Shown: one piece after another, positions 39,694 through 50,831 of the stretch
How positions within the stretch are numbered: the stretch's first letter is position 1
How the letters are laid out: each line of letters starts with the position of its first letter
Assembly (NCBI GenBank): GCA_038534135.1
Contig: JBCAXJ010000007.1
Span: forward strand, 57-64,056
Length of the DNA: 64,000 nucleotides
From: Pseudomonadota bacterium
Lineage (GTDB): Bacteria > Pseudomonadota > Alphaproteobacteria > Rhodobacterales > Rhodobacteraceae
Direction of reading: 5' to 3'
The notes under the pieces: model-generated
The model's database searches: none
What the model was told of the DNA's origin: nothing
Seen by the model: the letters and a program-made list of their open reading frames with translations, nothing else
Translations under genes and position numbers: made by a program

Positions 39694-39843
39694 TGGCCGC
39701 TCACGTGAAAGAAATGCGATCGCGGGCCCGATTCGGGGTTGCAACCTAAGATCGACGGGCGTAGAGAGCGCGCTCTTCACAGACTCCACCGGACGTTCGG
39801 TGACCTTCGGGGCCGCCCGGTGATGTTGAAAGGATGACGGCGC

Positions 39844-40050
39844 ATGAACGCCAGTGAATTGCGTGACAAGACACCGGACCAGCTTCGCGAGGAGCTTGAA
39901 GGCCTGAAGAAGGAAGCGTTCAATCTGCGGTTCCAGGCAGCGACCGGTCAGCTTGAAAACACCGCCCAGATGCGGAGCGTTCGCCGCAATGCCGCGCGCG
40001 TCAAGACCATCCTGAATGAGAAGGCAAGTGCTGCCGCGAGTGAGGCGTAA
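39844..40050 (+). CDS. rpmC: 50S ribosomal protein L29
   Basis: [40 protein letters not shown]; canonical. Confidence 0.97.
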   Translation: MNASELRDKTPDQLREELEGLKKEAFNLRFQAATGQLENTAQMRSVRRNAARVKTILNEKASAAASEA

Positions 40051-40053
40051 GAG

Positions 40054-40287
40054 ATGCCGAAGAGAATCCTGCAAGGCACCGTCGTCAGCGACAGGAACGA
40101 CAAGACGGTTACTGTCCTGGTCGAGCGCCGCTTCACGCACCCGGTGATGAAAAAGACCGTGCGGTCGTCGAAGAAGTACCGCGCCCACGACGAGAGCAAT
40201 GCCTGCAAGGCAGGCGAGATCGTACGCATTATCGAATGCGCACCACGATCCAAATCCAAACGCTGGGAGGTTTATTCCGAGGCGTAA
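40054..40287 (+). CDS. rpsQ: 30S ribosomal protein S17
   Basis: [47 protein letters not shown]; canonical. Confidence 0.97.
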   Translation: MPKRILQGTVVSDRNDKTVTVLVERRFTHPVMKKTVRSSKKYRAHDESNACKAGEIVRIIECAPRSKSKRWEVYSEA

Positions 40288-40367
40288 GCCCCAGGATATA
40301 ACCTTCCGGTTCGAACGAAACCCGGGCCCAGACAACAGAACAGGGTCCACAGGTCGGGAGAACGGAC

Positions 40368-40736
40368 ATGATCCAGATGCAGTCCAATCTGGATGTTGCC
40401 GACAATTCCGGTGCGCGACGGGTCCAATGCATCAAGGTGCTTGGCGGCTCGAAACGCAAGTACGCCGGTGTTGGTGACATTATTGTCGTCTCGGTCAAAG
40501 AGGCGATCCCCCGCGGCCGCGTCAAGAAGGGCGACATCCGCAAGGCCGTCATCGTGCGCACCGCGAAAGAGGTGAAGCGCGCAGACGGCACATCGATCCG
40601 CTTTGACCGCAATGCGGCGGTGATCCTCAACAACGCAGGCGAGCCGGTCGGCACCCGTATCTTCGGGCCGGTCGTGCGTGAGCTGCGCGCGAAGAACTTC
40701 ATGAAGATCATCTCGCTGGCGCCGGAGGTGCTGTGA
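40368..40736 (+). CDS. rplN: 50S ribosomal protein L14
   Basis: [33 protein letters not shown]; canonical. Confidence 0.98.
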   Translation: MIQMQSNLDVADNSGARRVQCIKVLGGSKRKYAGVGDIIVVSVKEAIPRGRVKKGDIRKAVIVRTAKEVKRADGTSIRFDRNAAVILNNAGEPVGTRIFGPVVRELRAKNFMKIISLAPEVL

Positions 40737-41050
40737 TGGCTGCGAAGCTCAAGAAAGGCGATCAGGTCGTCGTGCTCGCGGGCCGCGACCGAGGCAAGAA
40801 AGGTGAGATCATCCGCGTTCTGCCGACCGAAGGGCGCGCATACGTCTCGGGCATCAACATGGTGACCCGTCACCAGCGTCAGACCCAGAACGCGCCCGGT
40901 GGCCGGCTGCCGCAAGAAGCGGCAATCGACATTTCGAACCTTGCAATCCAGGATCCGAAAGACGGCGAGGCGACACGCGTCGGTTTCCGGATGGAAGATG
41001 GCAAGAAGGTTCGTTTCGCAAAGAAATCCGGGGAGACGATCGATGGCTGA
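40736..41050 (+). CDS. rplX: 50S ribosomal protein L24
   Basis: The track ORF begins at GTG 40733. The ATG at 40736 (TGATG overlap with the rplN stop) gives [25 protein letters not shown]; canonical. Confidence 0.96.
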   Translation: MAAKLKKGDQVVVLAGRDRGKKGEIIRVLPTEGRAYVSGINMVTRHQRQTQNAPGGRLPQEAAIDISNLAIQDPKDGEATRVGFRMEDGKKVRFAKKSGETIDG

Positions 41051-41603
41051 TGGTGCTCCGTACATCCCGCGCCTGAAGACGCACTACCGCGAGACGGTCC
41101 GCGACGCGATGAAGGAAGAGTTTTCCTACAAGAACGACATGATGATCCCCAAGCTGGAGAAGGTCGTTCTGAACATGGGTGTCGGCGAAGCGGTTGGAGA
41201 CTCGAAGAAGATCAAGTCGGCGCATGACGAGCTGATGCTGATCGCCGCTCAGAAGCCGGTCATCACCAAAGCGCGCAAGTCGATCGCTGGCTTCAAGGTA
41301 CGTGAAGAGATGCCGCTGGGCGTGAAGGTCACGATGCGCGGCGACCGCATGTACGACTTCATGGATCGGTTGACGACCATTGCAATGCCGCGGATCCGGG
41401 ATTTCCGGGGCGTCAGCGGCAGGAGCTTCGACGGCAACGGCAATTACGCGATGGGCATCCGCGAGCATATCGTGTTCCCCGAGATTGACTATGACAAGGT
41501 CGATCAGGTTCGGGGCATGGACATCATCATCTGTACCACGGCGCGCACGGACGCCGAGGCGAAGGCACTGTTGAAGCATTTCAACATGCCCTTCTCTGAT
41601 TGA
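41043..41603 (+). CDS. rplE: 50S ribosomal protein L5
   Basis: Trimmed to ATG 41043: [49 protein letters not shown]; canonical. Confidence 0.97.
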   Translation: MADGAPYIPRLKTHYRETVRDAMKEEFSYKNDMMIPKLEKVVLNMGVGEAVGDSKKIKSAHDELMLIAAQKPVITKARKSIAGFKVREEMPLGVKVTMRGDRMYDFMDRLTTIAMPRIRDFRGVSGRSFDGNGNYAMGIREHIVFPEIDYDKVDQVRGMDIIICTTARTDAEAKALLKHFNMPFSD

Positions 41604-41620
41604 TCGGACGGGAGAGCATC

Positions 41621-41926
41621 ATGGCGAAAGCAGGGATGATCGAGCGTGAGAAGAAGCGGGCACGGCTTGTGGCGAAGTACGCCAAGAAGCGGGCTGCTTT
41701 GAAAGAGATCGCGGACAACCAGGATCTGACGATGGAGGAGCGTTTTCGCGCCCGCCTGAAGCTGGCCAAATTGCCGCGAAACTCAGCGCCGACGCGGATG
41801 CACAACCGTTGTCAGGTCTCGGGCCGACCGAAGGCGTACTATCGCAAGCTCAAGATGAGCCGTATTGCGCTTCGCGATCTCGCCTCGTTCGGCCAGGTGC
41901 CGGGCATGGTCAAATCAAGCTGGTAA
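41621..41926 (+). CDS. rpsN: 30S ribosomal protein S14 (long, non-zinc form)
   Basis: Trimmed to ATG 41621: [29 protein letters not shown]...[27 protein letters not shown]. Confidence 0.97.
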   Translation: MAKAGMIEREKKRARLVAKYAKKRAALKEIADNQDLTMEERFRARLKLAKLPRNSAPTRMHNRCQVSGRPKAYYRKLKMSRIALRDLASFGQVPGMVKSSW

Positions 41927-41939
41927 GGGAGGGCAGAGC

Positions 41940-42332
41940 ATGAACGATCCTCTCGGCGATATGCTGACCCGCATCCGCAACGCGGCCATGCGCAACAAGT
42001 CGACTGTACGCTCGCCGTCGTCGAAATTGCGCCAGCGCGTTCTAGACGTCCTGCAGGACGAGGGTTTCATCCGAGGCTACGAGGTCATCGACAGCGGTGA
42101 CCACAAGCCGGAGATCGAGATCAGCCTGAAGTACTTCGAAGGCACACCGGTGATCCGCGAACTCAAGCGCGTGTCCAAGCCGGGACGCCGGGCGTACTCG
42201 AACGTTGGCGCAATGCCACAGGTTCGCAACGGCCTGGGCGTGGCAATTGTCTCGACCTCGAAGGGCGTGATGTCCGACTCGAAGGCGCGGGCCGCCAATG
42301 TCGGCGGCGAAGTGCTCTGCACGGTATTCTGA
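41940..42332 (+). CDS. rpsH: 30S ribosomal protein S8
   Basis: Trimmed to ATG 41940: [23 protein letters not shown]; canonical. Confidence 0.97.
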   Translation: MNDPLGDMLTRIRNAAMRNKSTVRSPSSKLRQRVLDVLQDEGFIRGYEVIDSGDHKPEIEISLKYFEGTPVIRELKRVSKPGRRAYSNVGAMPQVRNGLGVAIVSTSKGVMSDSKARAANVGGEVLCTVF

Positions 42333-42343
42333 GGAGACCGCAG

Positions 42344-42877
42344 ATGTCACGAATTGGAAAACGACCGATCGAGGCGCCGCAGGGTGTCGAGTTCAAGGTC
42401 TCCGGCCAGACGATCGAATGCAAGGGGCCAAAGGGCACGCGTTCGTTCACGGCAACCGACGATGTCGACATCGTGGTGGATGGTGGCGCGGTCACGGTCA
42501 AGCCACGCGGCATGTCCAAGCGGGCGCGCCAGCAATGGGGCATGACCCGCACGATGATCCAGAACCTGGCGACAGGCGTCACCGACGGTTTCAAGAAAGA
42601 GCTTGAGATCACCGGGGTCGGCTATCGTGCACAGGTCCAGGGCAAGACCCTGAAACTGGCGCTCGGTTACAGCCATGACGTCGACTTCGCCATCCCCGAT
42701 GGCATTGACGTCAAATGCGCGAAGCCGACCGAGATCGAGGTTACGGGCATCGACCAGCAACTGGTGGGCGAGACTGCGGCCAAGATCCGCGAGTGGCGCC
42801 GCCCCGAGCCCTTCAAGGGCAAGGGTATCAGGTACAAGGGCGAGTACATCTTCCGCAAGGAAGGCAAGAAGAAGTAA
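42344..42877 (+). CDS. rplF: 50S ribosomal protein L6
   Basis: [31 protein letters not shown]; canonical. Confidence 0.97.
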   Translation: MSRIGKRPIEAPQGVEFKVSGQTIECKGPKGTRSFTATDDVDIVVDGGAVTVKPRGMSKRARQQWGMTRTMIQNLATGVTDGFKKELEITGVGYRAQVQGKTLKLALGYSHDVDFAIPDGIDVKCAKPTEIEVTGIDQQLVGETAAKIREWRRPEPFKGKGIRYKGEYIFRKEGKKK

Positions 42878-42887
42878 GGACCGGACA

Positions 42888-43247
42888 ATGGCGAACAGCA
42901 AACGCGATCTGTTCCTGAAGCGCCGCATGCGCGTCCGGAACAAACTTAGGAAAACAAGCCGTGGCCGGTTGCGCATGAGTGTGCACCGGTCGTCGAAGAA
43001 CCTCTCGGTGCAGATCATCGATGACGTGCAGGGTGTGACCCTGGCCGCGGCATCGACGCTCGAGGCATCGCTGGGCGTCATCGGCAAGAACAACGCCGAG
43101 GCGGCCGCAAAGGTCGGCACCGCGATCGCGGAGCGGGCCAAGGCCAAGGAGATCAACGAGGTCTACTTCGACCGCGGTGGCTTCCTGTTCCACGGCAAGA
43201 TCAAGGCTCTGGCCGATGCCGCCCGTGAGGGCGGTCTCAAGTTCTGA
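42888..43247 (+). CDS. rplR: 50S ribosomal protein L18
   Basis: Trimmed to ATG 42888: [46 protein letters not shown]; canonical. Confidence 0.97.
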   Translation: MANSKRDLFLKRRMRVRNKLRKTSRGRLRMSVHRSSKNLSVQIIDDVQGVTLAAASTLEASLGVIGKNNAEAAAKVGTAIAERAKAKEINEVYFDRGGFLFHGKIKALADAAREGGLKF

Positions 43248-43258
43248 GGAGGCGATAG

Positions 43259-43864
43259 ATGGCTGAACGTGATAATCGCGGCGGTGGTGGTGGCCGAGGT
43301 CGCCGGGATCGCCGTGAGGAGGAGACTCCGGAATTCGCCGATCGCCTCGTTGCGATCAACCGCGTGTCGAAGACGGTGAAGGGCGGCAAGCGCTTCGGGT
43401 TTGCGGCACTCGTGGTTGTCGGTGATCAGAAGGGTCGCGTGGGCTTCGGCTCGGGCAAGGCCAAGGAGGTTCCCGAGGCTATTCGCAAGGCGACCGAGGA
43501 AGCCAAGCGCCAGATGATCCGCGTGCCGCTGCGTGAAGGCCGCACGCTGCACCATGACATGCCGGGCCGCTGGGGTGCCGGTCGCGTCGTGATGCGGGCG
43601 GCGCCTGCGGGTACCGGTATCATCGCGGGCGGTCCAATGCGTGCCGTCTTCGAGATGCTCGGCGTGCAGGACGTTGTCGCCAAGTCGATCGGGTCGCAGA
43701 ACCCCTACAACATGGTTCGCGCAACCTTCGACGGTCTGACCAAGGAAAACTCGCCGCGCATGGTCGCCGCGCGCCGGGGCAAGAAGGTCTCTGACATTCT
43801 GCCACCGCGCGAGACTGCTGCAGCGCCTCAGGCCGAAGAGCCTGAAGCGGCCGTGGCCGAGTAA
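43259..43864 (+). CDS. rpsE: 30S ribosomal protein S5
   Basis: 201 aa with an Arg/Gly-rich N-terminal extension, then [27 protein letters not shown]; canonical. Confidence 0.97.
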   Translation: MAERDNRGGGGGRGRRDRREEETPEFADRLVAINRVSKTVKGGKRFGFAALVVVGDQKGRVGFGSGKAKEVPEAIRKATEEAKRQMIRVPLREGRTLHHDMPGRWGAGRVVMRAAPAGTGIIAGGPMRAVFEMLGVQDVVAKSIGSQNPYNMVRATFDGLTKENSPRMVAARRGKKVSDILPPRETAAAPQAEEPEAAVAE

Positions 43865-43876
43865 CGGAGCGATCTG

Positions 43877-44065
43877 ATGGCAAAGACAATCGTCGTAAAG
43901 CAGGTCGGCAGCCCGATCCGCCGCCCGAAGGAACAGCGCGCGACTCTGGTTGGCCTGGGCCTGAACAAGATGCACAAGACCCGCGAGCTTGAGGACACGC
44001 CCTCGGTCCGCGGGATGGTCGCCAAGATTCCCCATCTCGTCGAGATCGTCGAGGAACGGGGCTGA
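43877..44065 (+). CDS. rpmD: 50S ribosomal protein L30
   Basis: [47 protein letters not shown]; canonical. Confidence 0.97.
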   Translation: MAKTIVVKQVGSPIRRPKEQRATLVGLGLNKMHKTRELEDTPSVRGMVAKIPHLVEIVEERG

Positions 44066-44160
44066 CGTCCAGAGACGGGCCTCGGCCCGTCTCATAACTG
44101 AAAACGCCGTGGTTGCGGGGACCGACGCACGTCCCGCACATCCGGCAGAGGAGATGCGTC

Positions 44161-44646
44161 ATGAAACTGAATGAGCTGAGCGACAACCCTGGCGCCACCA
44201 AGAAGCCCAAGCGGGTCGGTCGCGGTCCGGGCTCGGGCACCGGCAAGACCGGTGGGCGCGGCATGAAGGGTCAGAAATCGCGGTCCGGCGTTGCCATCAA
44301 GGGCTTCGAGGGCGGCCAGATGCCGATCCACATGCGCCTGCCGAAGCGTGGCTTCAACAACATCAACACCAAGCGTCACGCCGTCACCAATCTGGCCAAC
44401 ATCCAGGCGTTCATTGACGCCGGGAAGCTGGATGCGGGACAGCCGATCGACGAGGCCGCTCTGGTTGCGTGCGGGCTGATCCGCCGGGTGCGCGATGGCG
44501 TTCGCATCCTGGGACGTGGCGAAATCACCACCGAAGGTCTTCAAATCTCGGTGACCGGTGCGTCGAAATCGGCAATCGAAGCGGTCGCGGCCAAAGGCGG
44601 CGCGCTGACGGTCGCGGCTCCGGCCGAAGCAGCTGCAGAAAGCTGA
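44161..44646 (+). CDS. rplO: 50S ribosomal protein L15
   Basis: Trimmed to ATG 44161: [43 protein letters not shown]; canonical. Confidence 0.97.
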   Translation: MKLNELSDNPGATKKPKRVGRGPGSGTGKTGGRGMKGQKSRSGVAIKGFEGGQMPIHMRLPKRGFNNINTKRHAVTNLANIQAFIDAGKLDAGQPIDEAALVACGLIRRVRDGVRILGRGEITTEGLQISVTGASKSAIEAVAAKGGALTVAAPAEAAAES

Positions 44647-44710
44647 GGGACTGGCGTGCGCGCAACGCCGCGCATAGATAGGGTCGACACCCTGGCCAGA
44701 GGAGAGATCG

Positions 44711-46063
44711 ATGGCATCTGCCGCTGAACAAATGGCTGCGAACATGAGTTGGTCGGCCTTTGGCAAAGCCAAGGACCTTCAGAACCGCATCCTGTTCACG
44801 CTCGGCCTGCTGATTGTCTATCGGCTTGGCACGTACATTCCGCTGCCAGGCATCAGCGCTGATCGGCTTGCCGATCTGGTCGAGCAGCTTCAGGGCGGTG
44901 TGATCGGCATTGCCAGCATGTTCACGGGCAACGCGCTCGCCCGCATGGCGATTTTCGCGCTTGGGATCATGCCGTACATTTCGGCCTCGATCATCATGCA
45001 GCTCGCGACGTCGATGGTTCCGTCCCTTGAGCAACTCAAGAAGGAAGGCGAGAGCGGGCGCAAGAAGATCAACCAATACACGCGATACGGCACGGTCCTT
45101 TTGGCGACAGTACAGTCCTACGGGATGGCCGTGGGCCTGCAATCGCAACCGGGCCTTGTGCTGAATCCGGGCCCGTTCTTTGTCGCGACGACGATGATCA
45201 CCCTGGTCGGCGGGACGATGTTCCTGATGTGGCTGGGTGAGCAGATCACCGCGCGCGGCGTGGGCAACGGTATCTCCCTGATCATCTTCGTCGGCATCGT
45301 CGCCGAATTGCCATCGGCGCTTGCTCAATTCTTCGAGCTTGGCCGGACCGGACAGCTCCAGACGATCTGGATCGTCGGCATCATTCTCATGGCGATCGGC
45401 GTGATCTATGCGGTCGTTTTCATCGAGCGCGCGCAGCGACGAATACTGATCCAATATCCCAAGCGACAGGTCGGCAACCGGATGTACGGTGGTGAAAATT
45501 CACACCTGCCGCTCAAGATCAACACGGCCGGTGTCATTCCACCGATCTTCGCGACATCCTTGCTGCTGCTGCCGACGACGGCCGCCAGCTTCTCTGCAGC
45601 GGGTGGCGATGTCGGCTTCATGGGATCGCTTGCGGCGTTCCTCGGCCGTGGGCAGCCGGCGTACTTGCTACTTTTCGCGGGTCTGATCGCGTTCTTCGTG
45701 TTCTTCTACACGGCGGTCGTCTTCAATCCCGATGACGTTGCCGACAACCTCAAGAAACAAGGCGGCTTCGTGCCCGGCATTCGCCCCGGCAAACGCACGG
45801 CCGAGTACCTCGACTATGTCCTCACACGCCTCTCGGTGGTCGGCGCGATCTACCTGGTTCTGGTCTGTCTGCTTCCAGAGATCCTGATTTCCGAACTCAG
45901 TGTGCCGTTCTACTTTGGTGGAACATCACTTCTGATCGTCGTCTCAGTCACAATGGACACGATCACACAGGTGCAAAGTCACCTGCTGGCCCATCAGTAT
46001 GAAGGGCTGATTGCGAAGCAAAAAATAAGCGGCAAACGCCGCTCTGGGAAGAAACGCACATGA
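44711..46063 (+). CDS. secY: Preprotein translocase subunit SecY
   Basis: 450-aa polytopic protein, ...RILFTLGLLIVYRLGTYIPLPGI...GIMPYISASIIMQL; canonical. Confidence 0.97.
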   Translation: MASAAEQMAANMSWSAFGKAKDLQNRILFTLGLLIVYRLGTYIPLPGISADRLADLVEQLQGGVIGIASMFTGNALARMAIFALGIMPYISASIIMQLATSMVPSLEQLKKEGESGRKKINQYTRYGTVLLATVQSYGMAVGLQSQPGLVLNPGPFFVATTMITLVGGTMFLMWLGEQITARGVGNGISLIIFVGIVAELPSALAQFFELGRTGQLQTIWIVGIILMAIGVIYAVVFIERAQRRILIQYPKRQVGNRMYGGENSHLPLKINTAGVIPPIFATSLLLLPTTAASFSAAGGDVGFMGSLAAFLGRGQPAYLLLFAGLIAFFVFFYTAVVFNPDDVADNLKKQGGFVPGIRPGKRTAEYLDYVLTRLSVVGAIYLVLVCLLPEILISELSVPFYFGGTSLLIVVSVTMDTITQVQSHLLAHQYEGLIAKQKISGKRRSGKKRT

Positions 46064-46710
46064 ACATCATCCTGCTTGGGCCACCAGGCGCGGGAAAGGG
46101 CACACAGGCCCGAATTCTGATGGACCGCGACGCAATGGTACAATTGTCGACTGGCGATATGCTGCGCGCCGCCGTGGCTGCCGGGACCGAAGTGGGTCAG
46201 AAAGCAGATGCCGTGATGAAGTCTGGCGGGCTTGTCTCGGACGATATCGTGATCGGTGTCGTTGACGAGCGCCTCGACCAGCCTGACGTCGCGCAGGGGG
46301 TGATCTTTGACGGGTTCCCGCGGACGACACCTCAGGCCGAGGCCCTGGACACGCTTCTCGCAAAGAAGTCGATGACCCTGGACGCCGTGGTCAACATCGA
46401 GGTTGATGATGCCGCGATGGTCGACCGCATCTCTGGCCGCTACACCTGCGGCAATTGCGGCGAAGGTTACCACGATCGCGACAAGAGACCGGCGGTTGAC
46501 GGTGTCTGCGACAAATGCGGGTCGACCGAGTTCAAACGACGCAAGGACGACAATGCCGAAACGGTCGCCTCGCGCCTGAAGGAATACCATGCCGAGACGG
46601 CTCCGCTGATCTCTTACTACCAGGGAACTGGCAAGCTGAGATCGGTCGACGGCATGGCGCATATCGACGACGTGACGGCGTCAATCAAAACGGCTCTGGG
46701 CGCCGATTGA
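46060..46710 (+). CDS. adk: Adenylate kinase (long lid with four Cys)
   Basis: MNIILLGPPGAGKGTQA... The lid reads C130-GN-C133...C150-DK-C153. ATGA overlap with secY. Confidence 0.96.
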   Translation: MNIILLGPPGAGKGTQARILMDRDAMVQLSTGDMLRAAVAAGTEVGQKADAVMKSGGLVSDDIVIGVVDERLDQPDVAQGVIFDGFPRTTPQAEALDTLLAKKSMTLDAVVNIEVDDAAMVDRISGRYTCGNCGEGYHDRDKRPAVDGVCDKCGSTEFKRRKDDNAETVASRLKEYHAETAPLISYYQGTGKLRSVDGMAHIDDVTASIKTALGAD

Positions 46711-46761
46711 GGACGACGCCGGCGAAGAGTTGACAACGACGAAGTGATGCAACTTGCAGGG

Positions 46762-46789
46762 TTGACCGAATGCTAACCCCGACTATAGT
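46762..46789 (+). promoter_or_regulatory. Candidate sigma70-type promoter of the alpha operon (rpsM-rpsK-rpoA-rplQ)
   Basis: TTGACC (46762-46767), 16-nt spacer, TATAGT (46784-46789), 60 nt upstream of the rpsM GTG. Motif match only. Confidence 0.4.
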
Positions 46790-46849
46790 TGCGCGCTTCC
46801 TGAACATAGGGAATCAGGCCCGTGGCCTGTGTAATTGACGGAGAGATCT

Positions 46850-47218
46850 GTGGCGCGCATTGCAGGCGTTAACATTCCGACGAACAAGCGGGTGCACATC
46901 GCGCTCACCTATATCCATGGGATCGGTCACAAAACGGCCGAGCGGATTTGCGACTCCGTTGGCGTGACACGCGATCGCCGTGTCAACGAGCTGTCAGATG
47001 CCGAGGTGGTCGCCGTGCGCGAATTCATCGATGGCAACGTGATGGTCGAAGGCGATCTTCGCCGCGACCGTGCCGTCAACATCAAGCGCCTGATGGATCT
47101 TGGCTGCTATCGCGGCCTGCGTCATCGCCGTGGCTTGCCGGTTCGCGGCCAGCGGACGCACACCAACGCGCGGACCCGCAAAGGCCCCGCCAAGCCGATC
47201 GCCGGCAAGAAGAAATAG
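46850..47218 (+). CDS. rpsM: 30S ribosomal protein S13
   Basis: The track ORF starts at TTG 46835. GTG 46850 (GGAGAG SD) gives (M)[25 protein letters not shown]; canonical. Confidence 0.96.
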   Translation: MARIAGVNIPTNKRVHIALTYIHGIGHKTAERICDSVGVTRDRRVNELSDAEVVAVREFIDGNVMVEGDLRRDRAVNIKRLMDLGCYRGLRHRRGLPVRGQRTHTNARTRKGPAKPIAGKKK

Positions 47219-47226
47219 GGGCAGTT

Positions 47227-47616
47227 ATGGCGCGCGAAAGACAACGCACGAAGCGCAAAGAGCGCAAGAACATCACCGCCGGCGTGGCGCATGTGAACTC
47301 GTCGTTCAACAACACGATCATCACCATCGCCGATGCGCAGGGCAATGCAATCTCATGGTCTTCGGCCGGACACATGGGCTTCCGTGGATCGCGCAAGTCG
47401 ACGCCTTACGCCGCACAGGTTGCGGCAGAGGACGCTGGCAAGAAGGCGCAGGAACATGGTGTGCGCACGCTCGAAGTTATGGTCCAGGGACCTGGCTCGG
47501 GGCGCGAGTCTGCACTTCGGGCACTTCAGGCGGTTGGCTTCCAGATCAGCGCGATCAAGGACGTCACGCCGATTGCCCACAACGGCTGCCGGCCGCCGAA
47601 GCGCCGCAGAGTTTGA
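47227..47616 (+). CDS. rpsK: 30S ribosomal protein S11
   Basis: ATG 47227: [40 protein letters not shown]; canonical. Confidence 0.97.
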   Translation: MARERQRTKRKERKNITAGVAHVNSSFNNTIITIADAQGNAISWSSAGHMGFRGSRKSTPYAAQVAAEDAGKKAQEHGVRTLEVMVQGPGSGRESALRALQAVGFQISAIKDVTPIAHNGCRPPKRRRV

Positions 47617-47728
47617 GAACGCGACGATCTATTCCGGAGCCCCTCCCGCTACGGGACGGGCTCCTAAAGTGTTTCCTCGGGTGCGCGCCGGCTTGGATCT
47701 GCCGGGGCGCTAGCATGGAGGGCAGAGC

Positions 47729-48745
47729 ATGATCCACAAGAATTGGCAGGAACTCATCAAGCCGGACGCGCTCGAGGTCGTCTCAGGCGACGACCCCGTT
47801 CGCAAGGCGACGGCTGTCGCAGAGCCGCTCGAGCGTGGCTTTGGACTGACGCTTGGCAACGCGTTGCGGCGCGTGCTGCTTTCGTCGCTGCAGGGTGCTG
47901 CGGTCACCGCGGTGCAAATCGATGGCGTGCTGCACGAGTTTTCATCCGTGACCGGGGTGCGCGAGGACGTCACTGACATCGTCCTCAACCTCAAGGGCCT
48001 GGCCGTGGCAATGGATGCCGAGGGCAGCAAGCGTCTGGCGCTGACGGCGACCGGGCCGGGTGTCGTGACAGCCGCCGATATCACCGAGATCGCAGGCGTC
48101 GAGATCGTGAACAAGGATCACGTCATCTGCCACCTGGATGATGGCGCTACGTTGCACATGGAACTGACCGTCTCGACCGGCAAGGGCTATGTCGCCGCCG
48201 AAAAGAACCGGCCGGAAGATGCACCAATCGGGTTCATTCCGGTCGATGCGATCTATTCGCCCGTCAAGCGCGTCAGCTACAAGGTCGACCCTACCCGTGA
48301 GGGTCAGGTCCTCGACTACGACAAGCTTTCTCTGTCGATCGAAACGGATGGGACGCTCAGCCCGGACGATGCGCTGGCTTATGCTGCGCGCATTCTTCAG
48401 GATCAGCTCCAGACCTTCATCAACTTCGAAGAGCCAAAGGAAGCCGGACGGGCCGAGGACGACGAAGGCCTTGAATTCAATCCGCTTCTGCTCAAGAAGG
48501 TCGACGAACTCGAACTCAGCGTTCGCTCCGCCAACTGTCTGAAGAACGACAACATCGTCTACATCGGTGATCTGATCCAGAAGACCGAAGCGGAAATGCT
48601 GCGGACACCGAACTTCGGGCGCAAGTCGCTGAACGAGATCAAGGAAGTCCTGACGACGATGGGGCTCCACCTCGGCATGGACGTGGCAGACTGGCCACCG
48701 GACAATATCGAGGATCTGGCAAAGAAGTTTGAGGATCAGTTCTGA
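47729..48745 (+). CDS. rpoA: DNA-directed RNA polymerase subunit alpha
   Basis: 338 aa, [17 protein letters not shown]...[21 protein letters not shown]; canonical. Confidence 0.98.
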   Translation: MIHKNWQELIKPDALEVVSGDDPVRKATAVAEPLERGFGLTLGNALRRVLLSSLQGAAVTAVQIDGVLHEFSSVTGVREDVTDIVLNLKGLAVAMDAEGSKRLALTATGPGVVTAADITEIAGVEIVNKDHVICHLDDGATLHMELTVSTGKGYVAAEKNRPEDAPIGFIPVDAIYSPVKRVSYKVDPTREGQVLDYDKLSLSIETDGTLSPDDALAYAARILQDQLQTFINFEEPKEAGRAEDDEGLEFNPLLLKKVDELELSVRSANCLKNDNIVYIGDLIQKTEAEMLRTPNFGRKSLNEIKEVLTTMGLHLGMDVADWPPDNIEDLAKKFEDQF

Positions 48746-48752
48746 ATTACGG

Positions 48753-48774
48753 CGGGTGGGCGCAGTCCCACCCG
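48753..48774 (+). promoter_or_regulatory. Hairpin in the rpoA-rplQ spacer (possible attenuator)
   Basis: CGGGTGGG-CGCAGT-CCCACCCG, an 8-bp perfect stem with no U-tract. Confidence 0.3.
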
Positions 48775-48855
48775 GCGCGACGACCGGGCATCCGCCCCAA
48801 GGAGGCCGCCGTTAGATGCGGCCGGACAAAGTATAAATGAAAACGGAGACTGAGA

Positions 48856-49281
48856 ATGAGACACGGAAACGGCTACCGGAAGCTCAACCGGACCCATGAG
48901 CACCGCAAGGCGATGTTCGCAAACATGGCCTGCTCGCTGATCGAACACGAGCAGATCAAAACGACGCTGCCGAAGGCGAAAGAACTGCGCTCGATCGTCG
49001 ACAAGCTGATCACCCTGGCCAAGCGCGGCGATCTGCACGGTCGCCGTCTTGCTCTTTCCAAGATCAAGCAGGAACCGGCTGTCGCGAAGCTTTTTGAGAC
49101 GCTTGGGCCCCGCTATGCCGAGCGCGCCGGTGGTTACACCCGCGTCCTCAAAGCAGGCTTCCGCTATGGCGACATGGCTCCGATGGCGATCATTGAGTTG
49201 GTCGACCGTGATCCGGATGCCAAAGGTGCCGGCGACCGTGCGCGTGTCGAGGCCGAGGACGCGGTTGCGGCCGAAGACTGA
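48856..49281 (+). CDS. rplQ: 50S ribosomal protein L17
   Basis: [45 protein letters not shown]; canonical. Confidence 0.98.
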   Translation: MRHGNGYRKLNRTHEHRKAMFANMACSLIEHEQIKTTLPKAKELRSIVDKLITLAKRGDLHGRRLALSKIKQEPAVAKLFETLGPRYAERAGGYTRVLKAGFRYGDMAPMAIIELVDRDPDAKGAGDRARVEAEDAVAAED

Positions 49282-49376
49282 CCACCGGAACCTGCATCGG
49301 TCAGACTTGTACACTCGGTCGGGCTTGGCGGCCCGGCCAACAACGCCTACTCTGACGTCACTTTGGGAGACGGCAG

Positions 49377-50831
49377 ATGCGCTCAGGATCAATTCTCTTC
49401 TTCAGTGTCATGCTTCTGGCAGCGTGTGGGATGTCGTCACCGAACGCACAGGGTGTCGACCGAACCATCACAACAGACGACACGCCGCAGGCTCGCACCG
49501 TTCCGAAGTCCAAGGCGGAAATTGCCCTGAGCTTCTCGCCGGTCGTGAAACAGGCCGCACCTGCCGTTGTGAACATCTACACGAAGAAAGTCGTCGAACG
49601 CCGCCGCAGCCCGTTCGCTGGTGACCCGTTCTTCGAACGCTTCTTCCGGGACATGTTTCCGCAGCCACGGACCCGTCGCCGGATCGAGAACTCTCTCGGT
49701 AGTGGTGTGATCCTCGATGCCTCCGGTGTCGTTGTCTCGAACCACCATGTTGTCGGTGGCGCCGATGAAATCACGGTCATCCTGCAGGACCGTCGAGAAT
49801 TTCAGGGGCGCGTTGTCTTCGCCGACAAGGAACTGGATCTGGCGGTTCTTCAGCTCGAAGATGCCAGCAATCTGCCAACGCTCGGTTTGCGTGACAGCGA
49901 TTCACTCGAAGTCGGTGATCTGGTTCTCGCCATCGGAAATCCGTTCGGCGTGGGGCAGACGGTGACCAGCGGCATCGTCTCGGGGCTGACCCGCAGTGGC
50001 GGCGCGCGCCGCGGAGGAGCCGGTGTCTTCATCCAAACGGATGCAGCCATCAATCCCGGGAACTCCGGTGGCGCGCTGGTCGACATGCAGGGACGCCTGA
50101 TCGGCGTGAACACGGCGATCCTCAGCCGGTCTGGCGGGTCGAACGGCATTGGTTTCGCAATTCCGGCAAATCTCGTCGCCCGTGTGGTGAACTCCGCGCA
50201 AGCCGGGCAGACCGAGTTGGTGCGCGCGTGGTTCGGGTTCGACGGGCAGTCGGTCACAGGCGAGCTGGCTTCGGCGATCGACCTTGTCACGCCGCGCGGT
50301 ATTCTGATCGAGGCGTTGCATCCCGAAAGCCCGTTGGTTGCCGCCGGTTTGAAACGGGGCGATGTGATCACGACGCTCGGCGGAGAGGACGTGAATACCG
50401 TGCAGGAGCTCGAGTTTCGCGCCACCACGATGTCGCTCGGAGCCTCCGCAACGCTCGGCTTTCTTCGTGCCGGGAGGGAACGAATCGCTCAGATCACACT
50501 CGCGGCGGCACCCGCTACGCCCGCCCCCGACCGGCGGGAACTTGGTGCGGATGACGGGTTGCCGGGGTTAGTCGTGGCCAATACGAACCCGGCAATGATT
50601 GATGAACTGGATCTTTCGGTCAGAAGCAAGGGCGTGCTCGTGCTGTCCTCCCGTGGACCGGCGCGCCGCGTCGGGCTGCGTGATGGCGATTTTGTGCGTG
50701 GCGTCAATGGTACGCCCGTGGCCAACGTTTCAGAGCTCGTGCAGGAATTGCAGGGGACGGCTGGGGACACAAAGCTTCAGATCGAACGAAATGGTCGGCT
50801 GGGAGAAATAAGATACCGGCGTGCCTCGTGA
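49377..50831 (+). CDS. DegP/DegQ (HtrA) family periplasmic serine endoprotease with two PDZ domains
   Basis: Lipoprotein-like leader MRSGSILFFSVMLLAAC. Trypsin-fold motifs VVSNHHVV, DLAVLQL and GNSGGALV, followed by two PDZ-like segments. Confidence 0.85.
   Translation: MRSGSILFFSVMLLAACGMSSPNAQGVDRTITTDDTPQARTVPKSKAEIALSFSPVVKQAAPAVVNIYTKKVVERRRSPFAGDPFFERFFRDMFPQPRTRRRIENSLGSGVILDASGVVVSNHHVVGGADEITVILQDRREFQGRVVFADKELDLAVLQLEDASNLPTLGLRDSDSLEVGDLVLAIGNPFGVGQTVTSGIVSGLTRSGGARRGGAGVFIQTDAAINPGNSGGALVDMQGRLIGVNTAILSRSGGSNGIGFAIPANLVARVVNSAQAGQTELVRAWFGFDGQSVTGELASAIDLVTPRGILIEALHPESPLVAAGLKRGDVITTLGGEDVNTVQELEFRATTMSLGASATLGFLRAGRERIAQITLAAAPATPAPDRRELGADDGLPGLVVANTNPAMIDELDLSVRSKGVLVLSSRGPARRVGLRDGDFVRGVNGTPVANVSELVQELQGTAGDTKLQIERNGRLGEIRYRRAS

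Noticed and set aside
46711-46849. Looked for rpmJ (L36) or infA between adk and rpsM
   Set aside because: The 139-nt spacer contains no ORF resembling L36 or IF1. Their absence from this position is common in alphaproteobacteria.
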